This document shows, one piece after another, positions 42,598-51,333 of a DNA stretch of 64,000 nucleotides. A program made the position numbers and the translations under genes. Each line of letters starts with the position of its first letter. The stretch's first letter is position 1. The DNA is taken from the NCBI GenBank assembly GCA_045587185.1, contig JAZNBS010000050.1, forward strand, positions 6,564-70,563, written 5' to 3'. The notes under the pieces are model-generated. The model ran no database searches. It saw only the letters and a program-made list of their open reading frames with translations, and had not been told where the DNA came from. Origin of the DNA: Acutalibacteraceae bacterium (GTDB taxonomy: Bacteria > Bacillota > Clostridia > Oscillospirales > Acutalibacteraceae).

Positions 42598-42680
42598 TCT
42601 TAGCGGCCTCTTTGGTGAAATCTACCCCTCAAGTTTTTGAGGGGTATTCTGATATATATGATTTAATTAGGGGGGATTTT

Positions 42681-43193
42681 ATGCCTCAGAAATTTTTGCG
42701 GGCCGGAAAGGTTGTCGGAACACATGGGATACGCGGTGAAATGCGTGTTGAGGTGTGGTGTGACAGTCCTGAATTTCTTGCAAAGTTCAAAAAACTTTAT
42801 ATGGATAAAGACGGTAACGGTGAGTTTTGTGTAAAGTCACGTGCCCATGGTAATATTTGCCTTGTTAAGGCTGACGGAATTGATTCCATTGAATTGGCTG
42901 AAAAGTATCGCGGAAAGGTGCTTTATATTAACCGTGATGACTGCAAATTGCCTAAAGGCAGTTACTTTATTACCGATATTATTGGCTGTAATGCGTTTGA
43001 TTTTGAAACGGATGAGGAGTACGGTGTTGTCGTTGATGTATCGCAGACAGGCGCTAACGACGTATGGCACATAAAACGTAATGGCAATGAGTTTCTTATC
43101 CCCAATGTGCCTGAGTTTGTCAAAAAAGTTGATATTGATGGCAGCAAGGTTTACATAACACCTATAAAAGGAACGTTTGATGATGAAGATTGA
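42681..43193 (+). CDS. rimM: 16S rRNA processing protein RimM
   Basis: GKVVGTHGIRGEMRV and a PRC barrel C-terminus. GGGGGA RBS before ATG 42681. Confidence 0.9.
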   Translation: MPQKFLRAGKVVGTHGIRGEMRVEVWCDSPEFLAKFKKLYMDKDGNGEFCVKSRAHGNICLVKADGIDSIELAEKYRGKVLYINRDDCKLPKGSYFITDIIGCNAFDFETDEEYGVVVDVSQTGANDVWHIKRNGNEFLIPNVPEFVKKVDIDGSKVYITPIKGTFDDED

Positions 43194-43869
43194 TATTTTA
43201 ACGCTTTTTCCCGATATGTGTAATGCGGTACTGGAGGAAAGCATCATCGGGCGCGCAATAAAAGCAGGTCACGTTGAGGTGGAAACACACAACATACGTG
43301 ATTTTGCAGGTAATAAGCATAACCGTGTGGACGATGCACCATACGGCGGGGGTAAAGGTATGGTAATGCAGGCCGAACCTATCTATCAGTGTTTTAAAAG
43401 TTTGTATGCTGATGACGACATTAAACCCCACTTGATTTATATGTCGCCAAAAGGCAAGACTTTTACTCAAAGTGACGCTATCCGTCTTTCGGAATATGAT
43501 AGAATAGTCCTTTTGTGCGGTCATTATGAGGGTGTTGACCAGCGCGTTTTGGACGAAATTGTTGATGAGGAGATTTCGGCTGGGGATTATGTATTAACCG
43601 GCGGCGAACTTCCTGCACTCACTGTAACCGATGCGGTTTGCCGTATGATTCCGGGTGTCTTACCTGAGGAGATTTGTTTTCAGGAAGAAAGTCATTTTGA
43701 CGGTCTTTTGGAGTATCCTCAATACACCAGACCAGAGGTGTGGCACGGTGTTTCTGTACCCGAGGTGCTATTGTCAGGTCATCATCTAAATATCCAAAAA
43801 TGGCGCAAAGAAAAATCTGTTGAGATTACTCAAAAAGCACGTCCTGATATGATTAAAAACCGCAAATAA
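43177..43869 (+). CDS. trmD: tRNA (guanine37-N1)-methyltransferase TrmD (canonical copy)
   Basis: ILTLFPDM, DDAPYGGGKGMVM, LLCGHYEGVDQRV and GDYVLTGGELPA. Lies in the rpsP-rimM operon. Confidence 0.95.
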   Translation: MMMKIDILTLFPDMCNAVLEESIIGRAIKAGHVEVETHNIRDFAGNKHNRVDDAPYGGGKGMVMQAEPIYQCFKSLYADDDIKPHLIYMSPKGKTFTQSDAIRLSEYDRIVLLCGHYEGVDQRVLDEIVDEEISAGDYVLTGGELPALTVTDAVCRMIPGVLPEEICFQEESHFDGLLEYPQYTRPEVWHGVSVPEVLLSGHHLNIQKWRKEKSVEITQKARPDMIKNRK

Positions 43870-43991
43870 CAATTTTTTTATTAGTCATAAAAGTTATTAC
43901 CTTTTATGTAAAAAATAAACAAACAACCTTTTAGAATAAAGGGTTAATTTGTCGCAATACTAAAACTTTGTCAAGATAAAAAAAGTAATTG

Positions 43992-44019
43992 TTGACTATT
44001 GCGAAGTTTGTGGTATAAT
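43992..44019 (+). promoter_or_regulatory. Candidate sigma-A promoter for ptsH
   Basis: TTGACT, 16 bp, TATAAT, with TGg immediately upstream of the -10 (TGgTATAAT, extended -10). Confidence 0.5.
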
Positions 44020-44133
44020 GTTAATAAACAAAAACCATATATTGTGATTTTGTAAATTAAATCAACAAAATGAAGTGCATTCACCGTCAGGATGTGCAAT
44101 CCGCGGTATTAATGACATTAAGGAGTAATTATT

Positions 44134-44397
44134 ATGTTCGTAAAAGATGTTGTTGTTCAGAATCAGGTTGGTCTCCACGCACGTCCTGCAACTTTCTTTA
44201 TCCAGAAGGCTAACGAATTCAAGTCATCCATCTGGGTTGAGAAGGAAGAGCGTCGTGTAAACGCAAAGAGCCTTCTCGGTGTTCTGTCTCTCGGTATCGT
44301 TGGCGGCACCTCTATCCGCATCATTGCTGACGGTAGTGATGAGCAACAGGCTGTTGAAGGTCTTGTAGCACTTGTTGAGTCCGGCTTTGCTGAGTAA
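44134..44397 (+). CDS. ptsH: Phosphocarrier protein HPr
   Basis: GLHARPA (His15) and NAKSLLGVLSLG (Ser46). Confidence 0.95.
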   Translation: MFVKDVVVQNQVGLHARPATFFIQKANEFKSSIWVEKEERRVNAKSLLGVLSLGIVGGTSIRIIADGSDEQQAVEGLVALVESGFAE

Positions 44398-44415
44398 TTT
44401 TTGCTTATAATTTTC

Positions 44416-44455
44416 AAAGCAGTAGGAAGTAAAAAACTTCTTACTGCTTTTTTTG
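44416..44455. terminator. Bidirectional terminator
   Basis: aaagcagtaggaagt-aaaaa-acttcttactgcttt followed by a T-run. Confidence 0.8.
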
Positions 44456-44462
44456 TTTGCTT

Positions 44463-45695
44463 TTAAATTTTCTTTTTAGATTTGTGTAAAATTGAATAGA
44501 TAATAATACCGATAAGAGGGAAGAGCATGCCGCAAAGCATCCCGAGTTTCATTCCCATCTGATCAGGTGTAAGTCCCAGCGTCTTGGAAAGGTTAAGAAG
44601 TGATGGCATAGTCAGTGCAGAATCGGTAACAACGCCGACCAACTGTGGTCCTATTGAGGCTCCAAGGTCCCCGCCTGCCGCCATAAGCGCGAATATAAAC
44701 ACACCGCCGTGGGGAAATTTGTCAGATGCTACTATCAGTGACCCCGGCCACATCATTGAGGTGCAGAAACCTGTAAAAGCACAGGCAAAAAGGCCAATAA
44801 CAGCCACGTCAGATACGGCAGCAACAAAGTAACAAAACGTTGCGCCGATGGCACCGAACAACAAGACCCGCGTAATCTTTTTGCCGATTTTGGAGTAAAG
44901 TGTACGTCCTAACCCAAGGGTAACAGCAAACATTGCTACACCCAAGATGTCACCCCAGAGTTTTGAGATGCCAAGTGACCTTTCAAGATAACTCGACGCC
45001 CACTGTGCCATTGTCAGTTCGCTTGCACCGCCAAGGAAAACTGCAATAAAACAAAGCCATAGCGATCCGTTTTTTAACTGGCTAAACGCGCCCAATGCCT
45101 TTTCAGACGTCTCCATTTTGGGCATTTCTGTGGTTGAAAACAGTATTGCGGAAATCAGGGGGATAACGCTTAGTCCGATAACTAACCATTGCCAGTAATC
45201 CCGTCCAAGAAGTTTTATGAACAGTGTAAAAACGATAACAAAGAAAACAACGCCCCAAGCATAAATTGAGTGCAGTTTGCTCATCTCACGGTCGGGGTCT
45301 TTTGAGGGCAGGGCGGCTATGGTTGGGCTTATTAACACCTCAGCAAGTCCTGATCCAAATGAAAATATGACGGTGCCGATTACAAGACCGGTATATTCAT
45401 TTCCGTGGAAAACCCAAGGTGCACATGCAAAAAGTATAATTCCTAAAACTGTAATACAAGGCATTAGTTTCACGGTCAGCGGTATATTGAATTTATGTGA
45501 AAAAAACGAGAATATAAGGTCTATTCCTAATTGAGTGATAAAATTTATAAGTACCAATGTACCTAAAAGTGAGTAAGAGATTCCGTATAACTCACGAAAT
45601 GTTAAAAATAAAAGCGGTGACATATTTGTTACCACAGACATAGCCACACTTGACATATAGCAGGCTGTTTTTAAACGTTTGATATTAAGTTCCAT
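44463..45695 (-). CDS. MFS transporter
   Basis: About 12 TM segments in a 6+6 arrangement. Confidence 0.75.
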   Translation of the reverse strand: MELNIKRLKTACYMSSVAMSVVTNMSPLLFLTFRELYGISYSLLGTLVLINFITQLGIDLIFSFFSHKFNIPLTVKLMPCITVLGIILFACAPWVFHGNEYTGLVIGTVIFSFGSGLAEVLISPTIAALPSKDPDREMSKLHSIYAWGVVFFVIVFTLFIKLLGRDYWQWLVIGLSVIPLISAILFSTTEMPKMETSEKALGAFSQLKNGSLWLCFIAVFLGGASELTMAQWASSYLERSLGISKLWGDILGVAMFAVTLGLGRTLYSKIGKKITRVLLFGAIGATFCYFVAAVSDVAVIGLFACAFTGFCTSMMWPGSLIVASDKFPHGGVFIFALMAAGGDLGASIGPQLVGVVTDSALTMPSLLNLSKTLGLTPDQMGMKLGMLCGMLFPLIGIIIYSILHKSKKKI

Positions 45696-45831
45696 TAAAA
45701 CATCTCCCAACCCCTAAATACTAACACAGTGCGGTTTATTATTCAACCCCGAAATCGTTTAATTTCGGTCACTTGACAAATATAAAACTTAAGTACATAA
45801 TTAATGTATAATACTATGGCTTGGTGACTTT

Positions 45832-46545
45832 ATGAAAATTTCTATTCTGACTATTACACCCGAATTTTTTTCATCTTTTCTAAACACTACCATTATCAAA
45901 CGCGGTATTGACAAAAAGGTTTGTGAAATTGAGATAGTTGATATCAAAAATTTTGCACACGGCAGTTTCAGACATATTGATGATTCGCCGTTTGGTGGCG
46001 GAAACGGTATGATTATGCGTTGTCAACCAATATATGATGCATTAAATTCTGTGTGTCTAAACAATTCACATAAAATTTTACTTTCGCCTAAAGGAAAGAC
46101 CTATAATCAGTCAAAGGCTCGCGAACTGTCAAAGCAAGAGCACATTGTTCTTATCTGCGGACATTATGAGGGTATTGATGCTCGCGTTGAGGAATGGGTT
46201 GACGAACAGGTATCTATTGGTGATTACGTATTGACGGGCGGAGAATTGGCCGCACAGGTCATAACCGATTCAGTAGTCCGTTTGCTCAAGGGTGTGTTAA
46301 GGGACGGGTCTACGAACGAAGAATCACACGAGAACGGACTTTTGGAATACCCGCAATACACTCAGCCGCGTGAGTTTCAAGGTCTAACGGTTCCCGATAT
46401 ACTGCTTTCGGGCCACAAGGCAAAGATTGATGATTGGCGTTTGACACAATCGTTAAATTTAACACGAAAACACCGTCCTGATATGTTTGAACGTTATGTT
46501 TTAAATGAAAAGGAGAAGAAATTATTGAAAACGGCAGATGAATAG
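45832..46545 (+). CDS. Second TrmD-family tRNA (guanine-N1)-methyltransferase paralogue
   Basis: ILTITPEFF, DDSPFGGGNGMIM, LICGHYEGIDARV, GDYVLTGGELAA and LLEYPQYTQP are all retained. By eye it is roughly half identical to the copy at 43177. Confidence 0.9.
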   Translation: MKISILTITPEFFSSFLNTTIIKRGIDKKVCEIEIVDIKNFAHGSFRHIDDSPFGGGNGMIMRCQPIYDALNSVCLNNSHKILLSPKGKTYNQSKARELSKQEHIVLICGHYEGIDARVEEWVDEQVSIGDYVLTGGELAAQVITDSVVRLLKGVLRDGSTNEESHENGLLEYPQYTQPREFQGLTVPDILLSGHKAKIDDWRLTQSLNLTRKHRPDMFERYVLNEKEKKLLKTADE

Positions 46546-46547
46546 CA

Positions 46548-46587
46548 AAAAAAGTTCCCGTAACCATTTGGCTACGGGAACTTTTAT
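46548..46587. terminator. Bidirectional terminator
   Basis: agttcccgta-loop-tacgggaact flanked by A- and T-runs. Confidence 0.8.
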
Positions 46588-46588
46588 T

Positions 46589-48505
46589 TTAATGCAGTTG
46601 TACTTCAGCCTTCGGCTCAGTATATACCAACTTCATTTCGGATGATTCAGATGCCTTCTTATTTACTGATTCAGGATTTTTGTACGTAGGTACTAATTCC
46701 ATCAGCATATTTCTCACATCATCATTAGAGCCTTCAATAACATCAGAGAGTTTTGAAAGCATTTGATCAATCTCCTCACGTGTATGAGGGTTGTCCATTT
46801 CGATGAAAATGAGATCGTTTTCGGTTTTTGTGAGGTCTTCGGATTTTATAAGAAGTTCCTCATACAGTTTTTCACCTGGTCTTAAGCCTGTTTCAATTAT
46901 GTCAATTTCCTCATATGGCTTGAATCCCGCTAATTTTATCATATTTTCAGCAAGTTCAAGGATTTTGACAGGTTTACCCATATCAAGCACAAACAACTCT
47001 CCGTTGGTTGCCATTGCTCCTGCCTGTAAAACTAATTGAGAGGCTTCAGGAATTGTCATAAAATATCGAATGATGCGTTTGTCGGTTATAGTGATAGGGC
47101 CGCCGTTTTGAATCTGATGCTTAAACAAGGGGATGACCGAGCCGTTTGAACCGAGAACATTTCCAAAACGTACGGCAACAAATTCAGTTATTTTACTGTC
47201 ATGACGGCTTTGGACAATCATTTCGCATATACGTTTGCTCGCGCCCATAACATTTGTGGGGTTGACCGCTTTGTCGGTAGAAATCATAATAAAACGTCTT
47301 ACGCCGTATTTTTCAGCACAGTTCACAGTGTTAAGTGTGCCGAATACATTGTTCTTTATTGCTTCACTGCAATTGTTTTCCATTAAGGGTACGTGCTTGT
47401 GTGCCGCAGCATGGAAAACAACATCGGGGCGATATTTGTCAAATACTTTCTCTAGCCTTGAGATATCTCTTACCGAACCAATTTCGGCATAAAATTCAAA
47501 TGAGTTACCGAAGGTGCGTAAAAGTTCTTGCTGAATTTCATATGCGTTGTTCTCATATATATCGAAAACAATAAGTTTTGACGGACCGGACTTGGCAATC
47601 TGACGGCATATTTCACTTCCTATGGAACCGCCGCCACCTGTTACAAGCACGGTCTTGTTTTTATAATATTTAAAGGTATCGGTATCGTTAATATCGTGGC
47701 AATCTCTAAATAAAAGATCCTCAATCTTAAATTCACGCAAACGGGGTTTGCCAGAAATATCATGGTTGTTTTCACCCATAGCAAAGTCGTATAATTTAAT
47801 TTTACAACCTGTTTTTGAGTAAAAATCGTATATCCTTTTGGCATCTGCAGAGGATAGACTGGGAAGTGCAATGAATATTTCCTTGATTAGTAATCTTTTT
47901 ATAGATTCAAAAACATCCTCATTTTCCTCAATAATTTTAATTCCGCTGATATAACCGCCGACACGTTCTTTCTTAATATCAACGAAGCAAATCGGACGGT
48001 ATTTTGAATTAGAGTTGTATAGAAGTTCTTCAACAAGCAAGGAACCGGTTTTACCCGCACCAACGATAGCAACATTTGTTTTACCGGTACCGCTGTTTCC
48101 GTACAGCATGCCGTTTGCAGAATATTGATAAACAAAACGTGACATAAGTGTTATGAGGGTGAAAAGGCAGACGTTTACAAGTGAATTCCACACACTGATA
48201 TAAATAGTTGGCATTATAAATCTTGAAACAAAAAAAGCAACGGAAGCACCGATAAAGTCTGAAACTATCACAAGAAGATAGGCTCTTGTGTTGGCATATC
48301 TCCAGACATTAGAATATATTTTAAAACCGAAACGCGAAGCGAAAATACAAAAACCGAACAAAATAAAATTCGATATGTAATCCTTGAAACCTAGGTTTAT
48401 GCTAATAACGGTTGAATATTGTGAAACTGTAAAAGAAGCAGAGAAAGCGATGATAAGAAAGAAAATATCAATAATAAAAATTACTATTCTTCGAATGCTT
48501 ATCAA
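46589..48505 (-). CDS. Membrane-bound nucleotide-sugar 4,6-dehydratase/epimerase (CapD/WbpM/PglF family)
   Basis: Four N-terminal TM segments, Rossmann motifs VGAGKTG and VTGGGGSIG, and the SDR motif AAAHKHVP. TTG start 7 nt after GGGAGG; the ORF is open to 48571. Confidence 0.85.
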   Translation of the reverse strand: MISIRRIVIFIIDIFFLIIAFSASFTVSQYSTVISINLGFKDYISNFILFGFCIFASRFGFKIYSNVWRYANTRAYLLVIVSDFIGASVAFFVSRFIMPTIYISVWNSLVNVCLFTLITLMSRFVYQYSANGMLYGNSGTGKTNVAIVGAGKTGSLLVEELLYNSNSKYRPICFVDIKKERVGGYISGIKIIEENEDVFESIKRLLIKEIFIALPSLSSADAKRIYDFYSKTGCKIKLYDFAMGENNHDISGKPRLREFKIEDLLFRDCHDINDTDTFKYYKNKTVLVTGGGGSIGSEICRQIAKSGPSKLIVFDIYENNAYEIQQELLRTFGNSFEFYAEIGSVRDISRLEKVFDKYRPDVVFHAAAHKHVPLMENNCSEAIKNNVFGTLNTVNCAEKYGVRRFIMISTDKAVNPTNVMGASKRICEMIVQSRHDSKITEFVAVRFGNVLGSNGSVIPLFKHQIQNGGPITITDKRIIRYFMTIPEASQLVLQAGAMATNGELFVLDMGKPVKILELAENMIKLAGFKPYEEIDIIETGLRPGEKLYEELLIKSEDLTKTENDLIFIEMDNPHTREEIDQMLSKLSDVIEGSNDDVRNMLMELVPTYKNPESVNKKASESSEMKLVYTEPKAEVQLH

Positions 48506-48654
48506 ACGTCTGCACCTCCCAACGATAATATATAAAACATTATACCAATTTAATTTGTATATGTCAAACAAAAATATTTTAAAATTGGTAGTAATTTATA
48601 GTAAATTTATAACCCTAACCGTTGTTTTGGGTTAGGGTTATAGCGGAGAAAATG

Positions 48655-49071
48655 TTACTTGTCAAAAGACGGGTTGATTTCGTAGAAATTCTTTTCGTTG
48701 AGTTTATCGGTAAGGTTGCGTAAGCCTTCACCAAAGCGTTGATAGTGAACAACTTCGCGTTGACGTAAGAACCTTATGACATCTCTGACGTCGGGGTCGT
48801 CTGCACAGTAGCGGAGAATATTGTCATAGGTTGTTCTTGCCTTTTGCTCGGCTGCCAATGATTCATGCAAATCGGTTATAGGATCTCCCTTTGATGCAAG
48901 TGCCATTGTACTGTATGGTACGCCTGAAGCCGCTTGGGGATAAATTCCGTTGGTGTGATCAACAAAATATGCGTCAAAACCTGACTTGTTAATGTCATCT
49001 TCCGAGAGGTTGCGGGTTAATTGATAAACGATTGTACCTACCATTTCAAGGTGAGCAAGTTCCTCAGTACC
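48655..49071 (-). pseudogene. cotJC: cotJC 3' portion (Mn-catalase-family spore coat protein), separated from its 5' portion by the inserted element
   Basis: The reading frame upstream of Met 49044 continues as GTEELAHLEM back to 49071. This matches the central E-x-x-H metal motif and C-terminal half of CotJC. Confidence 0.85.
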
Positions 49072-49128
49072 TATTGAAGAATAAAATTGTTTATGTTATA
49101 ATACCACCATCAAGGAGGTAAAAAAGTT

Positions 49129-49452
49129 ATGAGGAAAAACTATTTAATTGACTATTACCGCAACAATATGACACAGGAACAACTGGAAAATGCCCACACC
49201 TTACTTTATGATGATAACAGGTTATTATCTTATATCTGTTATTCATATAATTGCTATGAACTATTACATAGCAAGGGGCATTTATCATTGATAACCAATC
49301 CAGATGCTTTGTTTTCTACACCACAAGCAGAGCAACAATTCATTATGGAATTAAAAAACTACATAAGAGATGTTATTGGTATCAAGAGAGAGGATGTTCA
49401 AGATGGCAACACTAAAAGTAATAGAGCCGACCAAAACAACACTAAAAACTAA
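49129..49452 (+). CDS. Hypothetical 107-aa protein overlapping the recombinase start
   Basis: AAGGAGG RBS, 9 nt before the ATG. No motif recognised. Confidence 0.45.
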   Translation: MRKNYLIDYYRNNMTQEQLENAHTLLYDDNRLLSYICYSYNCYELLHSKGHLSLITNPDALFSTPQAEQQFIMELKNYIRDVIGIKREDVQDGNTKSNRADQNNTKN

Positions 49453-51190
49453 TGATAATAAACCGCACAGAGTTTGTGCGTACTGTCGTGTATCTACTGA
49501 TGAAACCGACCAAAGAAATTCTTTAATAGCACAAAAACAGTTTTTTCAAAGATATTTTGATTTACACCCAAACTGGACTAATGTAGGCATATATGCCGAT
49601 GAAGGACTTTCCGGCACATCCCTTGAAAAAAGAGATGCTTTCAATCGTATGTTGTTTGAGGCCAGACGTGGAAACATTGACATTATTCTCACGAAAGAGG
49701 TTTCCAGATTTTCAAGAAATGTTCACGATATAATGAGCATTGTTGTAGAACTGCAAAACAAAGGTGTTTATGTGTGGTTTTTGTCGGATGAAATTAACAC
49801 CGAGAGCATCAAAGACCGTGAGCGACTAACCCAGATAGCCACAAATGCCGAGCAAGAGAGTTTAAGAACATCAAACCGTGTTAGGTGGGGACACCAACAA
49901 CAAATGCAACTGGGTGTTGTTTTCGGCAGAAAAGAAATGTACGGTTATAATATCGTAAAGGATGATAACGGCATCCAACACTTTGAAATTATACCAGAAG
50001 AAGCCGAGGTCATCAAGAACATTTTTGAATGGTTCGCATCTGGTGAGGGTACACACCGAATTGCACGCAGATTAGAACAACAAGGAATTGAAACCAAGCG
50101 ATATAAAAACGGATGGAGTACAACCGTTATACTCCGCATTTTGCGAAATGAGAAATATGTGGGCGATTTAGCACAAGGCAAAACCTACACACCCAACCCA
50201 CTCTCTCATAAGAAAAAATACAATACAGGCGAATCCACCCGCTATTACATTACAGACCACCACCCAGAAAGTGCAATCATTGACCGTGAACTCTGGAACA
50301 AGGTACAAGCGATACTGGAAGAAAAAGCACCCAGCGAAGAAATAAAAGCGAAACACTCCAACCGCTACTGGACGAGCGGAAAGGTGTTTTGTGGGTTATG
50401 CGGTCAAAGGTATGTCAGTTACGTAAAAAAGCAAAAGAACACACCTTATCGTGCTTGGGTATGCTTTGAGAACCACCAGAGAGGTCGCTACAAGCAGATA
50501 ACACTTGATACAGGCGAAACTGCTACTGTCGGTTGTAATGCTTTGAGAGTGAATGACAGAGTGCTTAAAACCGCCGTTCACGATATTGTTACCGAGTACA
50601 TCATACCGCATAAAGAAAATATCCTTGCAGAGATGCGAAAAGAGATAGAACAACTATCAAAACCGCAAGACCACACAAAGAAAATCGCATCTATACAAAA
50701 GGAAATAGAACAAGCACAACAAAAGATAAACAAACTCACACAGGGTTGGATGGATGGCATCGTTCCAGAAAATGCCTATACAATGAATATCGGACCTGCT
50801 AATGCACGATATGAGCAATTACAGGCAGAACTCCAAAAACTGCAAATACAGAACAATTCAGTAAGTGCAGAGGTGCAAATCTATGAGGAATACATAGAGC
50901 AACTGCAAAGCATCCTATCACTCACCGATGATGAGCTTAACGATGCTTTTTATGAGAGAGTTACAAAACAGATTTATGTTTATCCATCAAACCTTTTAGA
51001 GTTTCGCCTGTCATTTATTCCTATGCCTATTTATTTACAATATAAGGCATCTGGTAGAGCAGATTTTTACAAGGTGGAACTTACCATCCTAACCGCCGAG
51101 CAATTCGCTGAAATGCTCAAAAATGCCCCTAAAAACGATTTTACGGAACAAACAGATACAGACACCACTGGCAACACAAACAACTCTTAA
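49403..51190 (+). CDS. Large serine recombinase (resolvase domain, recombinase domain, zinc ribbon and coiled coil)
   Basis: AYCRVSTDETDQ contains the catalytic Ser. Also ILTKEVSRFSRN, a CGLCG...C zinc ribbon and a long coiled coil (KEIEQAQQKINKL). Confidence 0.95.
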   Translation: MATLKVIEPTKTTLKTNDNKPHRVCAYCRVSTDETDQRNSLIAQKQFFQRYFDLHPNWTNVGIYADEGLSGTSLEKRDAFNRMLFEARRGNIDIILTKEVSRFSRNVHDIMSIVVELQNKGVYVWFLSDEINTESIKDRERLTQIATNAEQESLRTSNRVRWGHQQQMQLGVVFGRKEMYGYNIVKDDNGIQHFEIIPEEAEVIKNIFEWFASGEGTHRIARRLEQQGIETKRYKNGWSTTVILRILRNEKYVGDLAQGKTYTPNPLSHKKKYNTGESTRYYITDHHPESAIIDRELWNKVQAILEEKAPSEEIKAKHSNRYWTSGKVFCGLCGQRYVSYVKKQKNTPYRAWVCFENHQRGRYKQITLDTGETATVGCNALRVNDRVLKTAVHDIVTEYIIPHKENILAEMRKEIEQLSKPQDHTKKIASIQKEIEQAQQKINKLTQGWMDGIVPENAYTMNIGPANARYEQLQAELQKLQIQNNSVSAEVQIYEEYIEQLQSILSLTDDELNDAFYERVTKQIYVYPSNLLEFRLSFIPMPIYLQYKASGRADFYKVELTILTAEQFAEMLKNAPKNDFTEQTDTDTTGNTNNS

Positions 51191-51208
51191 AACGAGCCAC
51201 AATGAATT

Positions 51209-51235
51209 AAAGCAGGGTTTTCGCCCTGCTTTTTC
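51209..51235 (+). terminator. Rho-independent terminator after the recombinase gene
   Basis: agcaggg-ttttcg-ccctgct followed by TTTT. Confidence 0.75.
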
Positions 51236-51333
51236 AATATTCAGTTTTCTGTCATATCTTTTTTGAAAAAAGGTATGGCTATTTTGACAGAATTATGCTA
51301 TAATCATTGTTAATGTGTTTGGAGGTGAAAATA

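Noticed and set aside
49370-49402. The upstream ATG (MLLVSRERMFK...) offered by the ORF track as the recombinase start.
   Set aside because: The GAGAGAGG RBS precedes ATG 49403. Resolvase-domain proteins start shortly before the xxYxRVStxxQ motif, so the longer N-terminus is unlikely.
51284-51304. TTGACA and TATAAT hexamers upstream of the NERD gene.
   Set aside because: The spacer is only 9 bp, so the pair cannot function as a single sigma-A promoter.
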